DNA of 64,000 bases from Eledone cirrhosa (lineage: Eukaryota). Position 1 is the stretch's first letter, and the number at the start of each line of letters is the position of its first letter. This document shows positions 12,917 to 25,492 of the stretch, piece after piece. The DNA lies in the NCBI GenBank assembly GCA_964016885.1, contig OZ024740.1, positions 143,220,001-143,284,000 on the forward strand. Reading direction: 5' to 3'. The notes under the pieces are model-generated. The model was given only the letters and a program-made list of their open reading frames with translations, ran no database searches and was not told the DNA's origin. The position numbers were made by a program, and so were the translations under genes.

Positions 12917-13283
12917 TACTCTGCTTATTAAGTTTTCAGCCCCCACCCACCCCTGTGCCGATGCTCTTATTGCAACCCCCTCTCCCTGCTTATTAAATTT
13001 TGTTAATCTATCTCTGGCAAAATTTTATGTAAGTGGTAGCATTCCTGCGACAATTAAATTTCTTTATTCATTAAAAAACATTATTCCTGACAAAAGAAGT
13101 CCATTACTAGAAAACCCATACATTATAAAATAAATAGGATGAGTTGGGGTATCAATATGTAAACTAAACGACTAATTCTAGTTTTTAAAAAATCAATGGA
13201 GACAACCTAGAAAAATTACCGATTTTCCAACCTCTCCACTTATCCCCCCCCCCCCCCACACTATTATTTGGAACCCGAGAGTG
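12917..13283. mobile_element. MITE-like DNA element, degraded copy
   Basis: Ends in TTATTTGGAACCCGAGAGT; internal sequence is shared with 48130-48289 and (reverse) 50026-50410. Confidence 0.6.
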
Positions 13284-13519
13284 TGTTCTGGAGTGTACTA
13301 GTTTGTGGTTACATGTTAATAAGGAAGTATTCATTTTGGTATTTTTGTAGTATATTCTATCTATGAGTGTGTAGTTAGAATCGATGCATGTGTTTTGTTT
13401 TGAGTTTTTTAAATGCCGTGTTCATTCATTCTACAACCAGTGTGCATTTGATTCTTGTATACAAATTATGTAGTTTTTATATTTTTCTTGGAATAAAAAA
13501 TGAAATAAAAAATACTCAC

Positions 13520-13579
13520 GGAGATTTTAAATCATATGATAAATTCTTAACTGGTTCATCGATGAGGATTTCTACATCA
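13520..13579 (-). CDS. 60-nt coding exon of the membrane-protein gene
   Basis: TTTTATTTTGCAG acceptor and GTGAGT donor; phase 2-2; DVEILIDEPVKNLSYDLKS. Confidence 0.75.
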
Positions 13580-14237
13580 CTGCAAAATAAAATGATCATC
13601 ATCATCACCATTTTATCTCCATTTTCCATGCCAACATTGGTTGGACAGGTTGTCATGTTCTAAGGCTATCCAGGCCAAATGACAACATCTTGCTCATGCG
13701 TTCCATTTTGACATGGTTTCTATGGCCAGATGTCCTTCCTAATGCTTACCACCTTACAAAGCGTATTGAGTGCACTCTACTGCAGCACCATGAGTAGGGC
13801 GATTGACAAACCACTACAGAAACACAAACCCTCCATCTAAATTTTACTTTTGAAAATCATAAGAACTGTGAAACCAGTAATGTAAATAAATAAATATTCT
13901 TAAAAAACTTCAGTTGCATTTTCAATTTCTTTTCCTTATATATATATATAAATAATATAAATAATCACAATTCAACATCTATATTCCATGTTTGCATGGG
14001 TTAGATGGGTTGCTATGTACTGAGACTAAACTGGTGATCACATCTTGCTGGTACACTCCGACCTGATCGACTTGTATGCTGCCGTATATGGTATATTACT
14101 AAGACTCTTCAAATTCTTGATTATTATCAAAATTATTTCATAATTACAGATAATGCGTTTCATTAGAAATATGGTAACGAAAAGTGTTAAAAGATTGTAA
14201 TGAAAACTGATAATCTTAAAATATATTCAGTACTTAC

Positions 14238-14265
14238 TTAGATATTTGGCTTGACAGACTGATTT
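14238..14265 (-). CDS. 28-nt micro-exon of the membrane-protein gene
   Basis: TTTTTTGTGTTTCAG acceptor and GTAAGT donor; phase 1-2; (E)ISLSSQIS(N). It bridges the phases of its two neighbours. Confidence 0.72.
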
Positions 14266-15076
14266 CTGAAACACAAAAAAAAATCAATATTAATTATATC
14301 GTTTAAAATTATAATCTTTTACATAGTTTATCCCATTGTTTAATAGTGGCTTTGGAAATAAATTTCTAATAACAATACTTTATTTTCCTCAAATTAAAAT
14401 AGGAAAAAAATTAAACAATGAAAGGGCTGATTGTCAGATCAGACCAAGGAAATAATGTTTCTATTGGTCATTACTGATTTTGTCTACCAGTTACAACTGC
14501 TCTGCAAATGGAAGTGAAATTTGAACTCAGAATACTTGGAGGCAGATCAAATACCACAAAGCATCCTGTCCAATTCTTTAACAATTCTGCCTATCCACGT
14601 CCCCTGGATTAGTACTGTATTGAACCCAAAAAATGAAAGATTAAGTTTACTTCAGCAGGATTTGAACTCAGAGCACAATGAGCTGGAACAAATGCTGAGA
14701 CATTTAAACTTAATGACTCTGCCAATTCACCACCAAAAAATCAAAGCAACTCTTTTAATGAAGAAGATGAAAGACCTTGAGGTTCTTTCTATTAGAAAAG
14801 GATTTTTAAAAGATGAGAACAGTAAGCTATGCTTTAAATAAATTATATTATTGTAAATTCAGAGGTTATTGAAAATAAGTTTTTAAAATAGATTACTACT
14901 CTGGGGATACATTATTGAAACTCAAACCATTACTCCATTTTTTGTTCGTTTTAGGGGGAGCCCCAGTATGGCCATAGTCTAATGACTGAAACCAATAAAA
15001 GTCATGGAGACTGCCATTCACTATTTTTTTTTAAAGAAAAAGAAAAAGATTCATAAATCAAAAAGAAGTCATTTAC

Positions 15077-15109
15077 CTGGACTTGGAATAACTTTCTCGG
15101 TTTTTATTT
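15077..15109 (-). CDS. 33-nt micro-exon of the membrane-protein gene
   Basis: TTTTTTTCTTTACAG acceptor and CAG|GTAAAT donor; phase 1-1; (E)IKTEKVIPSP. Confidence 0.72.
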
Positions 15110-15247
15110 CTGTAAAGAAAAAAAATCAAATGTTTTTATATCAAATTTGAAATTTTCATTTTTTTATATACTGTCTCATTCTTCTTATAGAATTTAATAA
15201 AATTCTTATAGAATTTAATAAAATTACACTAATGATACTCTCTTCTG

Positions 15248-16515
15248 TTGAGACAACTACAGGAGAAGTGCTTAGTTGCATGTAAGCCACTGTATCTGGC
15301 TTTTGTAGATATGGAGGACTTTGACAAGGTTCCATACTCTGTAATCTTTTGGGCACTTAGGAAGTCAAGTGTGAGGGCTATGCAGGCCATGTATCAAAGA
15401 GCAGCCAACAGAGTGAGAGTTGGAAATGAGTTGAGTGATGAATTTGAAGTGCAGTCCACCAGGGCTCAGTCCTCAGTCCACTCCTGTTTATCATTGTCCT
15501 TCAAGCCATTACTGAGGAAATCAAAACTAGCACTCCATGGGAGTTCCTATATGCTGATGACCTAGTTCTCATAGCTGAATCTGTAGAAGAGTTAGAAACA
15601 AAATTTCAAGGATGGAAGAAGAACCTAGGGTTGAAAAGCCCGAAATTAAACTTAGTAATGGCAAAAGTCTTAATAAGTAGGAAAGAGGACAGGAGAGTGA
15701 TACCATCAGAGATGTGGTCTTATATGATATGTCGGAAAGGGTTGGGCAGAACATCTATAAGGTGCACACAGTGTAATCTATGGACAAACAAGAGATGTAG
15801 GGGGATTGCAGGCATATCAAAGAAAAATATAGACTTTGTATGTGACAGATGCGCAGAAGAAGTAAGCACTAAGAACACATGTGAAATAGATTCCTTCAGT
15901 TTCCAGGAGGGCTCCTTAGAAGTTGTCAACAGCTTTTGTTACCTAGGCGATCTAATTAGCCATGGGGGAAGATGGACTGAAAGAGTGATAGCCAGGATCA
16001 GAACAGGCTAGAACAAGTTTAGAAAGCTGATACCTCTACTGACAACAAAGGGCTTTTCTTTCAGAGTGAAGAGCAGACAGTATGATGCCTGCATATAAAC
16101 TACAATGCTACATGGCAGTGAAGCATGGGCCTTGACCACAGAAGACCTGCAAAGTCTGGAAAAAGATGAAGTCAGTTTACTCAGATGGATGTGTAATGTT
16201 AGTATGCATAAACAACGTAGTATAAATGAACTGAGAAGAAAACTTGGCTTAACCGGAATTGGATGTAATGAGCAAGAGAGAAGACTGTGCAGGTATGGAC
16301 ATGTGATGCATATGGAAAATAGTAACTGCATAAAAAAATGCAGAGAAATACCAGAGGCTAGGACCCATGGAACAGGCAGATCCAGGAAGGCATGGGCCAG
16401 CAAAGACTAACCTTTAGAAACTAAGCCACACAACTGAGATGGCAAAGGATCAAGAGGGCTGGCACTATGCTGTAGTGATGAAGATCCATCCATAACCGTA
16501 GAATATGACCTAACC
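15248..16515 (+). mobile_element. RTE LINE fragment (PHD-bearing lineage), older and degraded
   Basis: PLYLAFVD..., CTQCNLWTNKRC, LHGSEAW...YGHVMHM in broken frames. Confidence 0.88.
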
Positions 16516-17140
16516 CATCCATGTGTCCTCCTCCTTACACTAGCACTCCCCAGCAGCTATCCTCACCCCCACCTTACCCTCTTCAGTACCACTCCTTAGC
16601 CACTCCTCACTCTAAAGCTCTTAGATACCTTCACTACTGCATCCTAGTAGCTACTCTCTCTACCTCCTGTGCACCCTTTCCACTACCACCCCTTAGCTAT
16701 CTCTCTGTCACTACTCCTACCCTCAAATTCTATCAACCACATCATTCACACACCCCAAACCACTACATCACCTCTCCCTATATACTATCAGTCACCCCTT
16801 ACCCTTACCCATCACCTTGCCAAATCACCACATACCATACACCTATAGCCAATGTGTATACAATCTGTTACACACACTATTTATAAAAGTTAAACACAAT
16901 GACCCCTCTCCAGTCCATCCTTTTGATAACATAGATCTTTATAATGCAAACTGGGATACAATCATTCACAATCTTTCACATGTTGACTGGTCTTTCACAC
17001 ACACCTCCATCAACATCATAACACTTTGGCAGACACTGTTACAAATATATGTGCAAAACATACCCCAACAAGATCTGTGAACAAAACTAAGTGCAGAATT
17101 CCCAGCAATAGAAGAACTATCATTAGGAAAATATAAAGAA

Positions 17141-17790
17141 CTAGCAATGGTACCCGGTGTTGCACGGGATAAGGTATTTTGGAACGCAGGCCGCCAACAG
17201 ACCTAATCGTGGAAAAACTGCATGCCTGGACAATATGTAAAGAAAATAAACCGAATACTCTGATGGCTGGATAATCTTTAAGATTTTCCTCGATGAAGCA
17301 GGAAAAATGCAGGTTTTCACCTAATGCGGGATCAAGAAAATGAATTTTTTTTTATGTGCATAATATGCCTTGAAATTTCAGGAAAATCGGCTAGACATAA
17401 CGCATCAAAAAAGCCCTAAAAAGCTGAAAAAAATGAAGTTTTTCATCTACTGTGGGTCCTAGGCCATAAAAAAGTTGGATTTTCTTTGCTCACAGTATGA
17501 AGAAGAGACTGACTAATACATAGTTACAATTTCAAGGAAATCGGTCTGACGTAACGCCTCAAAAAGACCCTAAAAAGCTGAAAAAACGCAGTTTTTCACC
17601 TAATGCGGGCCCTAGGGGATCAAAAAGTTGAATTTTTTATGTGTATAACACTCCCTGAAACAGAAATAATACACATGTAAAGTTTGAAAAAAATCGGTTG
17701 GGTACTTCTCGAGTTTTAGGGATTCAAACTCACAGACACACACACACATACACACACAGAGACAGACATCCTCAGTTTTATATATATAGA
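17141..17790 (-). mobile_element. Non-autonomous Helitron
   Basis: Minus-strand 5' end TCTATATATATAAAA, subterminal (TG)n, 3' hairpin CCCGTGCAACACCGGG and terminal CTAG; no TSD. Confidence 0.75.
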
Positions 17791-18401
17791 CTAGCAGAAA
17801 ACCACCCACCGAGTGGTTTTCTGCTAGTATATATATTACACACACAGAAATGTATATATATTTCTGTGTGTATATATATATATATATTACACACACAGAA
17901 ATGTATATATATCTCTGTGTGTATATATATATATTACACACACAGAAATGTATATATATTTCTGTGTGTATATATATATATATATTACACACACAGAAAT
18001 GTATATATATTTCTGTGTGTATATATATATATTTCTGTGTGTGTATATATATATATATATATATTACACACACACAGAAATGTATATATGTTTCTGTAGC
18101 ACTCCTCAATTCTCCCCTCTCTCCCTCCCGCTATCCCCCTCTTGTAGTCTGTCTCTTTCTTTCATTCTCACTCTCTCTCTACGCGTGCGCAAAAAACATT
18201 CGCACGCGCGCACGTATTTTAGCGTCTATTCACTCTCTCTCTCTCCCTCTCTCCCTCCCGCTATCCCCCTCTCGTAGTCTGTCTCTTTCTTTCACTCTCA
18301 CTCTCTCTCTACGCGTGCGCAAAAAACATTCGCACACACGCACGTGTTTCCACTGTCGGACAGACAGACAGAGAAATTGCTGGTTATATATTATAAGGAG
18401 A
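17791..18401 (-). mobile_element. Second Helitron-like element in tandem, with internal minisatellite
   Basis: 5' TC at 18401 and CTAG at 17791. It holds a palindromic (CACACAGAAAT..TATA..TTTCTGTGTG)n array at 17828-18095 and a ~125-bp direct duplication at 18115-18345. Confidence 0.55.
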
Positions 18402-19059
18402 TTAACAAAGAACAAAAATCAAACACCTAAAATACTTCCAGCAGCAACACACCCATTCAACTGCTATTGCATTACTTGAATAAAACGCATAACTTCCAAA
18501 GCAGCATGAAGACCATTATCAATAACCAAATAACAGCTGAGGAGGATTGGGCCATTGAGAAAATCAAATTCAATCCCAAAGTATTATTTGTATTTGGCAA
18601 AAGGCACAAGGTCCCTGTCTCCACTGTTGGTCCTCTGGCTAATGAAAAGAACACCCTTCATGATAATGCTAAAACCATAACTGAGATACTACAGAAGCAA
18701 TATCGCTGTTTTCAGCAATCCTGATATGATTGATCTAGGCCATATCAATGATGTAAACTTCTAACACAGTATATCTAACATAATGTTTGGGGGCCCTGAT
18801 ATATTAGCAGCAACAAACAAATCAAGCACAGCTCAGCAGTTGGCCCTAATAGGTTCCTAGCTACAGTCCTGAAGAATTGCCAACATCAACTTGCATCCCC
18901 CCTTGCTAATCTTTGGAGAAACTTACTTGATGCAAACATTTTAAGCCATTGCTACTTTCATGCAATCCATGACCCTAATATTCGTCTCCAAGTACCAAAT
19001 TTATTAAGTTAAATTTTTTTTTTGGGGGGGGGGGGGGGGGGAATCAACACCAAATAAAT

Positions 19060-19420
19060 AATTTTATTTATGGAATATATCATTTAAATACAGTTTAATA
19101 GAAAAAGAAAAAAAAGAAAATTTAGATTGAAAAGAATGGTATGTAAAAGAGGAAAATATTTTTAAAAAAAGAGAAAAAGAAAAAAAAAGACTGGAAAAGG
19201 GAGGGAATGGCAAGGACTCTAGTCTCACAAAAGAATAGGGAAGAGGGAGGGGAGAATGATTGGGCTCTGGGTCTAGAGTGCAGTGGTAGAGGGGCTGTGC
19301 CCTGTGGACAAGGCTGCGAAAGCATTCCCACAGACAATGGCCAGCGACACCCACTACAGTAGCCACCCCATTTCGTGGGGTTCCTTCTTTAGATGGGTGA
19401 CTGACATTCTGACATTCCTC
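19060..19420 (-). mobile_element. CRE-like non-LTR retrotransposon 3' end
   Basis: Minus frame EPHEMGWLL*WVSLAIVCGNA resembles the C-terminal QRxSxAxQRGNA motif; compare 50900-50970. Confidence 0.55.
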
Positions 19421-19502
19421 TTGGGGAAGAGCTCGACTGTACGGGGTCGAAGTACACCTAATCATTAAATAGAATATGAAATGTATAGACAATAAAAACT
19501 AA

Positions 19503-20362
19503 TCTATATATATAAAACTGTGGTTGTCTGTCTGTCTATCGATTTTTGGCACACATCTCCTCTTAGAATCTCTCACGGAATTGCACCGAAATTGCTATAC
19601 TTGTACATTGAGCCCTAGCGAAGACATCGGAAAAAAAAAAATTTCAAATCGACCCACCCTATGTGACGAAATCGAATATAATGTATCGATTTTTGAGCGT
19701 AAGTTATCAGTTATTTCCCTTTGTTCTGTTTACATTGAGCGTCTTACGTAAAAAATTACGCTGGCTTTAACAGTTGTCGAGCCAGCAAAATATTGACCTG
19801 CAAAATTCATCAGTTCGAACACTAAGCTTCCGTTTTGCTTCATTTCCATTTAAAAGCATTTTAAAACAATATTTTTACTTGAAAACAAGTCTATTTAAAG
19901 ACTACGTAAAACAAGCAAATATTTCGTCGTTAGGCGTGCAGACAGACAGTCGTGCAGAGAGGTGATATAGGCGTGCAGACAGACAGTCGTGCAGAGGTGA
20001 TATAGGCGTGCAGACAGATAGTTGTGCAGAGAGGTGATATAGGCGTGCAGACAGACATAACTGATAATTTGGTTACGCTAATGTTTTTCTCTGTGTTGCA
20101 GTGTTTACAATTTCGATCTTTGTTAATAAATAACCAGTGCAGTTTTTATTCCCAGCATCCTCTTTTGTTATAACATTCGGGTTATCGTTATGTTTTCTTA
20201 ACTTCATAAGGCATATTGTTGGTTGAGGGAATATTAATCAAAAACACCACATGCAAGTCTGCACAGTAGACACTATAGTTTTTAAGCCAAAAAAGAAACT
20301 TAACATTGTAACTTTAACACAGCTACTGAGCGACCCCGAGCAACGCCGGGCTTTACTGCTAG
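19503..20362 (+). mobile_element. Non-autonomous Helitron, complete
   Basis: A|TCTATATATATAAAA start, (GTCT)n, 3' hairpin CCCGAGCAACGCCGGG and CTAG|T end. Internal ~37-bp tandem repeat at 19932-20057. Confidence 0.85.
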
Positions 20363-20420
20363 TTATATATATTTCAGAAACTAATATTTTATTGTATAAT
20401 TTTATATATTTATATATAAG

Positions 20421-20612
20421 GGCGGTGGATTGACAATATCGGTAGAAGGTCAGACGCCATGCTTTGCAGCATAGACGTGCGGTCCTTTACAGTCTGAGTT
20501 CAAATCCTGCCGAGGTTAACTTTGCCTTTCATCCTTATGGGAGTCAATAAAATAAAGTACCAGTAATGTACTGGATAATTGCTGGCCTTGTGCCTAAAGT
20601 AGAAACAATTAT
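20421..20612 (+). mobile_element. tRNA-derived SINE (CCTTTCATCCTT..GTCGATAAAAT central domain, Meta/MESC-like from memory)
   Basis: B box GAGTTCAAATCC and tail GCCTTGTGCCTAAAGTAGAAACAATT. Further copies lie near 25493, 25687, 38900, 40100, 43140 and, more diverged, 50570. Confidence 0.85.
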
Positions 20613-21440
20613 TTGATATATTTTGATTTGTGATACAAATATCAGGTTTGGGCCTAACAGTTCAATCAACCACCTGACTAGTCTCTCATCAATACCTAGA
20701 CGTTGTTATTGATCAACCTGGTCCAGCCTATGCAAGCATAGAAGAATAGACATAAATTATTGATTCTCTCAACTGTGACTCATTTCAATATCTGATAAAG
20801 AAATAGTTGTTTTGCGCATTTAAAATATCCTACCAGGCAACTAAACAAACAAAGTGTTTCTAGGTAACAATGATAAATATCTACTTGTAACATTACATAT
20901 ATTGACTTTATTTTACATTATTCAATATTATATCACATTTTGTAAGAAGGTAACTTCTCGTAAATAATTATTTTAGTTTTACTATCTGCTGACAGTTAAT
21001 TGGCAGAGTTGTTATAGCATTGGGTTAAATGCCTCAGTATTCATTTAGCTGTCTGTGCACAGATCCTTTTGTGGTCATTAAAGTACCAGTTCATGGATGG
21101 TTGTTGTTGGGTTGAAGTGAAGTTGATTTGGGTTATACCTATGAGCACATGGTTAGCATGTTTTAAGTCCTCAGCAAAACCTTATTCACACCCATTTTTA
21201 TATTGACAAAAAGTGAACACCATATATGTGGAAACACCATGTATATATATACACACACACACATATATGTCTCTGCTTTGTTCTGTCCTACACCATCTTG
21301 TTTCTGTGTGTTCTATATGAGGAAGACACAGTCACCCAACCCAACTTGCCTCTAATGGGAAAAACCTGTCTATCCCATGCTAGCATGGAAAATAGACGTC
21401 AAATGATGATGATGATGATAATGATATGTATATATATATA

Positions 21441-21640
21441 TGTGAGTCCTGGGTTCAATTGGGGGTAACCACAGTAAGTGGAATACTCAATACATTAGTA
21501 GAGTATATACAAAATTTTATATAGAAATGGCTTCTACAGAACTAGAACTGTTTCATTCGAAAGAAATCATCAGGAAAGCCCTGATGATTTCTTTTGAATG
21601 AAACAGTTCTAGTCCTGTAGAAGCCATTGCTACATTAAAT

Positions 21641-21673
<33 letters not shown>

Positions 21674-21697
21674 CCTGTAGAAGCCATTGCTACATTA

Positions 21698-21705
<8 letters not shown>
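21441..21705. mobile_element. Penelope-like pseudo-LTR fold-back (second family)
   Basis: About 65-bp inverted arms centred near 21577 contain CTGATGA...GAAAC on both strands; flanked by (TA)n. Confidence 0.65.
21529..21580 (-). ncRNA. Type I hammerhead ribozyme motif
   Basis: Minus strand GGCTTTC-CTGATGA-TTTCTTTCGAAT-GAAA-CAG-TTCTAGTT-CTG-TA-GAAGCC. Stem III is ACAG/CTGT, the cleavage triplet is GUA, and stem I has one bulge. Confidence 0.7.
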
Positions 21706-21733
<28 letters not shown>

Positions 21734-21884
21734 GTATACATACATATCTGCCTGAGCAAGACACAGTCATCTGATCTAACTTGTATCACAATACAACAGG
21801 ACAACTTATCTAACCCATGCTAGCATGGAAAAAATGGAAATTAAACAGTGATAATGATGATATATATGTATACATATATATATA

Positions 21885-22088
21885 TAGGAAAAGAGTCAGG
21901 ATCCCAACGGCTGAGCTCCGGCTGTTTCGACAGCTAGATCCAGACAGTTCAGATCTAGCTGTCAAAACAGCCGGAGCTCAGCCATCGGAGTCCTGACTCT
22001 TTTCCTATTACGCACTCTACTACCCTAAGTATTGAGTACTCTGGTACGTTATGGTCCACCTGGTATTTTACCACACCTTCTTTGTACA
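21885..22088. mobile_element. Penelope-like pseudo-LTR fold-back (third family)
   Basis: ~123-bp hairpin at 21885-22007 followed by a tail containing TTGAGTACTC. It carries the 3' half of a hammerhead (stem II-GAAAC...GTC). A related fragment is at 58105-58170. Confidence 0.55.
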
Positions 22089-22135
22089 TATATATATATC
22101 ATCATTATCACCATTTAATATATATATATATTTAA

Positions 22136-24125
22136 TCATCATCATCATCGCTTAACGTCTAGCATGGGTTTAGACGGGAATTGTGCCAAGATTGAGCAAG
22201 ATTGGTCGTCTCACTCGTATAGGACTGTCTGGCAGGTTTTCTACGGCTAGATGCCCTTCCTAACACCAACCACATTTACAGTGTGGACTGGGAGCTTTTT
22301 ACCGTGTTACCTACATGGCCACATTACAGCGTGGACTGTGTGTTTTTTTGTTGTGACACCTACGCGAATTCATTTATTTAGGACTGGATGTTGTGATACC
22401 AACATAACTTTACAGAGAAAGGGGTGGTGTTGATGGGTGCGGGGGTTAGGGTAGTGAGATGGAGGTGTATATTTGGTTAAGAGTTGCCTACTGACTGCAG
22501 GTTTCGCTTTCTACTTAGGCAAAGCGGGTCTTCTATATTACTGCGTAACGCCAAAGACCTCGGTCCAGTGACATTGTCTTAGAGAGGTGTAAGTGTGTAA
22601 GGTCGGAATTTATGAGATCGTCCCAGGTTTTTCTGGGTCTACCTACTCCGTAACTTCCATCAATTTTGATCACTCTGCACTTTTTTATACAGCTGTCGTC
22701 TTTCATGCGCATCATATGACCATACCAACGTAGTCTTCTCTCAAGTAAGCAGCATCTGATCCCTCTTATTCCTAATTTCTCACTTAGTTCATTTATGCTT
22801 TGCCGTTCACGTATATTACTATTACACATCCAACGGAGCATGCATGCTTCATTCCTCTCCAGTCTGTGCAGATCCTCTGCACACAATGCCCATGTCTCAC
22901 TGCCATGTAACATTGCTGTTCGTATGCAGGCATCATGCAGTCTGCCTTTCATTTTTAGAGAGAAACCTTTAGTGGCCAATAGTTGTATAAGCACTCTGAA
23001 CTTTTTTCATCCCGTTCTGACTCTGGTTACTGTACTTTCAGAGCACCCTCCACCACTGCTGATTTCGCCACCCAGGTAACAGGTGTCCACTATTTCTATA
23101 GAATCCTCTGGGCAATAGAAGGAGCTAGTATGCTGTGGACACTTACTACTTATTGCACCTGAGCATCAGCCACATATAAAATCTACGTTCTTAGATAGTT
23201 TACCTGTGATCCCACTACATCTTTTATGTACCCATAGTTTGCATTTGGGACATAAAATGGAATGTCTGACTACTCCTTTCCTACACACTGAGCATGGCCA
23301 TTTACCAGAGGGCACCTGTGCCCTATTTTCCTTTCTACATACTAGAACTTTAGTCTTAGACAAGTTAACTTTAAGGCCTTTTGATTCTAGGCCATACTTC
23401 CATGTTTGGAATTTCTTCTCTAGTTCAGCCATCAATTCAGCTATGAGCGTTAGATCATCTGCGTATAGAAGTTCCCATGGGCAGCCAGTCTTGAACTCCT
23501 CTGTTATAGCCTGAAGGGCAATAATAAATAAGAGGGGGCTAAGGACAGAGCCTTGATGAACACCAACTTTTACGCTAAATTCTTCACTATATGTATTGTT
23601 AATTCTAACCTTGCTGACTGTTTCTTTATACATGGCTTGTATAGCTCTTACAAGCCATTCATCAACACCTAGTTTTCTAAGGGCCCACCAGATAATGGTG
23701 CGGGGGACTCTGTTAAAGGCTTTCTCCAAGCCAACAAAAGCTAAGTATAGGGGTTTACTTTTAGCTAGGTACTTCTCCTATAGTTGTCTTATAAGGAAAA
23801 GGGCATCTGTGGTACTTTTATCTGACACAAACCCAAACTGCATTTCATCTAGATCAATTTACTCTATGATTAGTTGCGCTATAATTCTTTCTGTGACCTT
23901 CATGACCTGGTCAATTAATTTAATGCCTCTATAGTTTCCCCTATCTAGAGAATCTCCTTTACCCTTGTAGCAGTTAATTATGATGCTGCTAGTCATTTGG
24001 TATGACCCATTCTGTATTACTTGGTTTACTATCTGGGTGACCATAGTGTCTCCCACCATTCCAGATGCTTTCAGCATTTCAGCAACTATCTCCGAAGGCC
24101 CAGCTGCCTTGCCTGTCTTCATATC
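22136..24125 (-). mobile_element. RTE LINE, 5'-truncated (RT, PHD finger, C-terminus, 3' UTR)
   Basis: ORFs 23859-24140, 23166-23729 (HQGSVLSP, LLYADD, CSVC..CPKC..HKRC) and 22533-22994; same subfamily as 2505 and 58476. Confidence 0.93.
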
Positions 24126-24150
24126 TTTGTATATAAACATATATATATAT

Positions 24151-24740
24151 TAGGAAGACTTGGGATATGGTGATAAAAACTGACCTTGCACAATTACACT
24201 TCTCAAAGGTGATGACACAGGATCGAGATGTCTGGCATAATGCAGAATAGAGAAAACCCACCTTCCCATGTGCACAGGTTGAAGTATACATCAAGTATGC
24301 ACTACTCTCCTTTACCTGCCCTTTCCAAACAACTCCAATGCCCTAACCACCAGTGATCCAGCCCTCACCTGATAAATGTTCCGCCCTAAATCTACCTCTC
24401 CAATCCCTTTGCACCTACCCTAACCTAGTCCACACTGTAAAGTGTTCATATCTGGTGCCACAGCTAAAAGCGCCCAGTTCACACTGTAAAGAGGTTGTGT
24501 AGGTGTCACGAAAAAAAGCACCCATTCTACACTGTAAAGTGGTCATGTAGGTACAACAATAAAAGGCATCCAGTACAGACTGCAAATGTGATTGGCATTA
24601 GGAACAACATCCTGTCGTAGAAACCAAGCTAGAATTGGTCTAATGTGAGCAGGAGATAGTCATCTGGCTTGGGTCACATCTAGACAACATATCTAACCTA
24701 TGCTAGCATGGAAAAATGGACATTAAATGATGATGATGAT
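24151..24740 (+). mobile_element. RTE LINE 3' end with ~48-bp tandem subunits in the UTR
   Basis: AGGAAGACTTGGGAT (RKTWD), repeated ACACTGTAAAG..AAAAAGCACCCA units and a (GAT)n tail. Confidence 0.75.
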
Positions 24741-24747
24741 ATATATA

Positions 24748-25232
24748 TCATCATCATCATTATCATTATCATTTTACGTCTGCTTTTCCCTGCTTGCAAG
24801 GGTGGGACGGGAACTGATTCTAGCTTGATTTCTACAGCTGGATGTCCTTCCTAACACCAACCTCATTTACAGTGAGTGCTGAGTGCTTTTTTGCTTTGGC
24901 ACCTCCATGACCATTTTGCAGTGGAATGATATGGACCCCAGTCCCTATCATCTCATTTCTACAGCTGAGTATACTGGAGCAATGTGAAATAAAGTGTCTT
25001 GTTCAAGGAAACAACACATCACCCAGTCTGTGTTGTTTCCTTCAAATCAGACTGAGAAAACAATGTTTCTATTGGTCTTTCCAATTGCTAATACTATCTA
25101 TCGGTCGCAAATCCAGGTAGAAGGAGCAACGAGAAATAAAGTATCTTGCTCAAAGACATAACGCATCACCCAGACCAAGAATCGAACTTGCGATTGTGAA
25201 TCCAATTTTCTAACCACTCAGCCACACGCCTT
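24748..25232 (-). mobile_element. Composite tRNA/CORE SINE with RTE-derived tail, fused to a further SINE head
   Basis: 24775-25028 is nearly identical to the 35575-35880 element; its tail matches the 3' end of the RTE at 40255-40292. Confidence 0.75.
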
Positions 25233-25492
25233 CATATAAATAGATAGATAGATTTAGTAGAATGATTGTACCCTAAGCTGATCAATATGGAAACAATTGT
25301 GATATGCCAATATGCTGCAGCACTGACTTCGATTCTACTTAATCTATTTACACTCTGTGCACTACAGCCGCCTTAACTCTGGAATACAACCCACACAAGA
25401 TGGACCTCGTAACAGCATCGAGTGCTTTGAATGGCATGCAATCAGTAACTGTAGTTACACGTAAATATACCATATATAATTATATATATATA

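Larger units (their letters stand above)
16880..18950 (+). mobile_element. CR1/L2-type LINE fragment interrupted by Helitron derivatives
   Basis: DLYNANWDTI..., AIEKIKFNPKVLF...VGPL and AVGPNRFLATVLKNC...LASPL resemble the region between endonuclease and RT. Confidence 0.6.

Noticed and set aside
16521-16886. Pro/His/Thr-rich 121-aa ORF
   Set aside because: C-rich low-complexity sequence following an RTE C-terminus, probably its 3' UTR.
17612-18479. Long ORFs rich in Y/I/C/H/T
   Set aside because: They are translations of (TA)n/(CA)n minisatellite and have no coding signature.
19932-20057. ~37-bp repeats superficially like a CRISPR array
   Set aside because: Head-to-tail with no unique spacers, inside a Helitron, in eukaryotic DNA with no cas genes.
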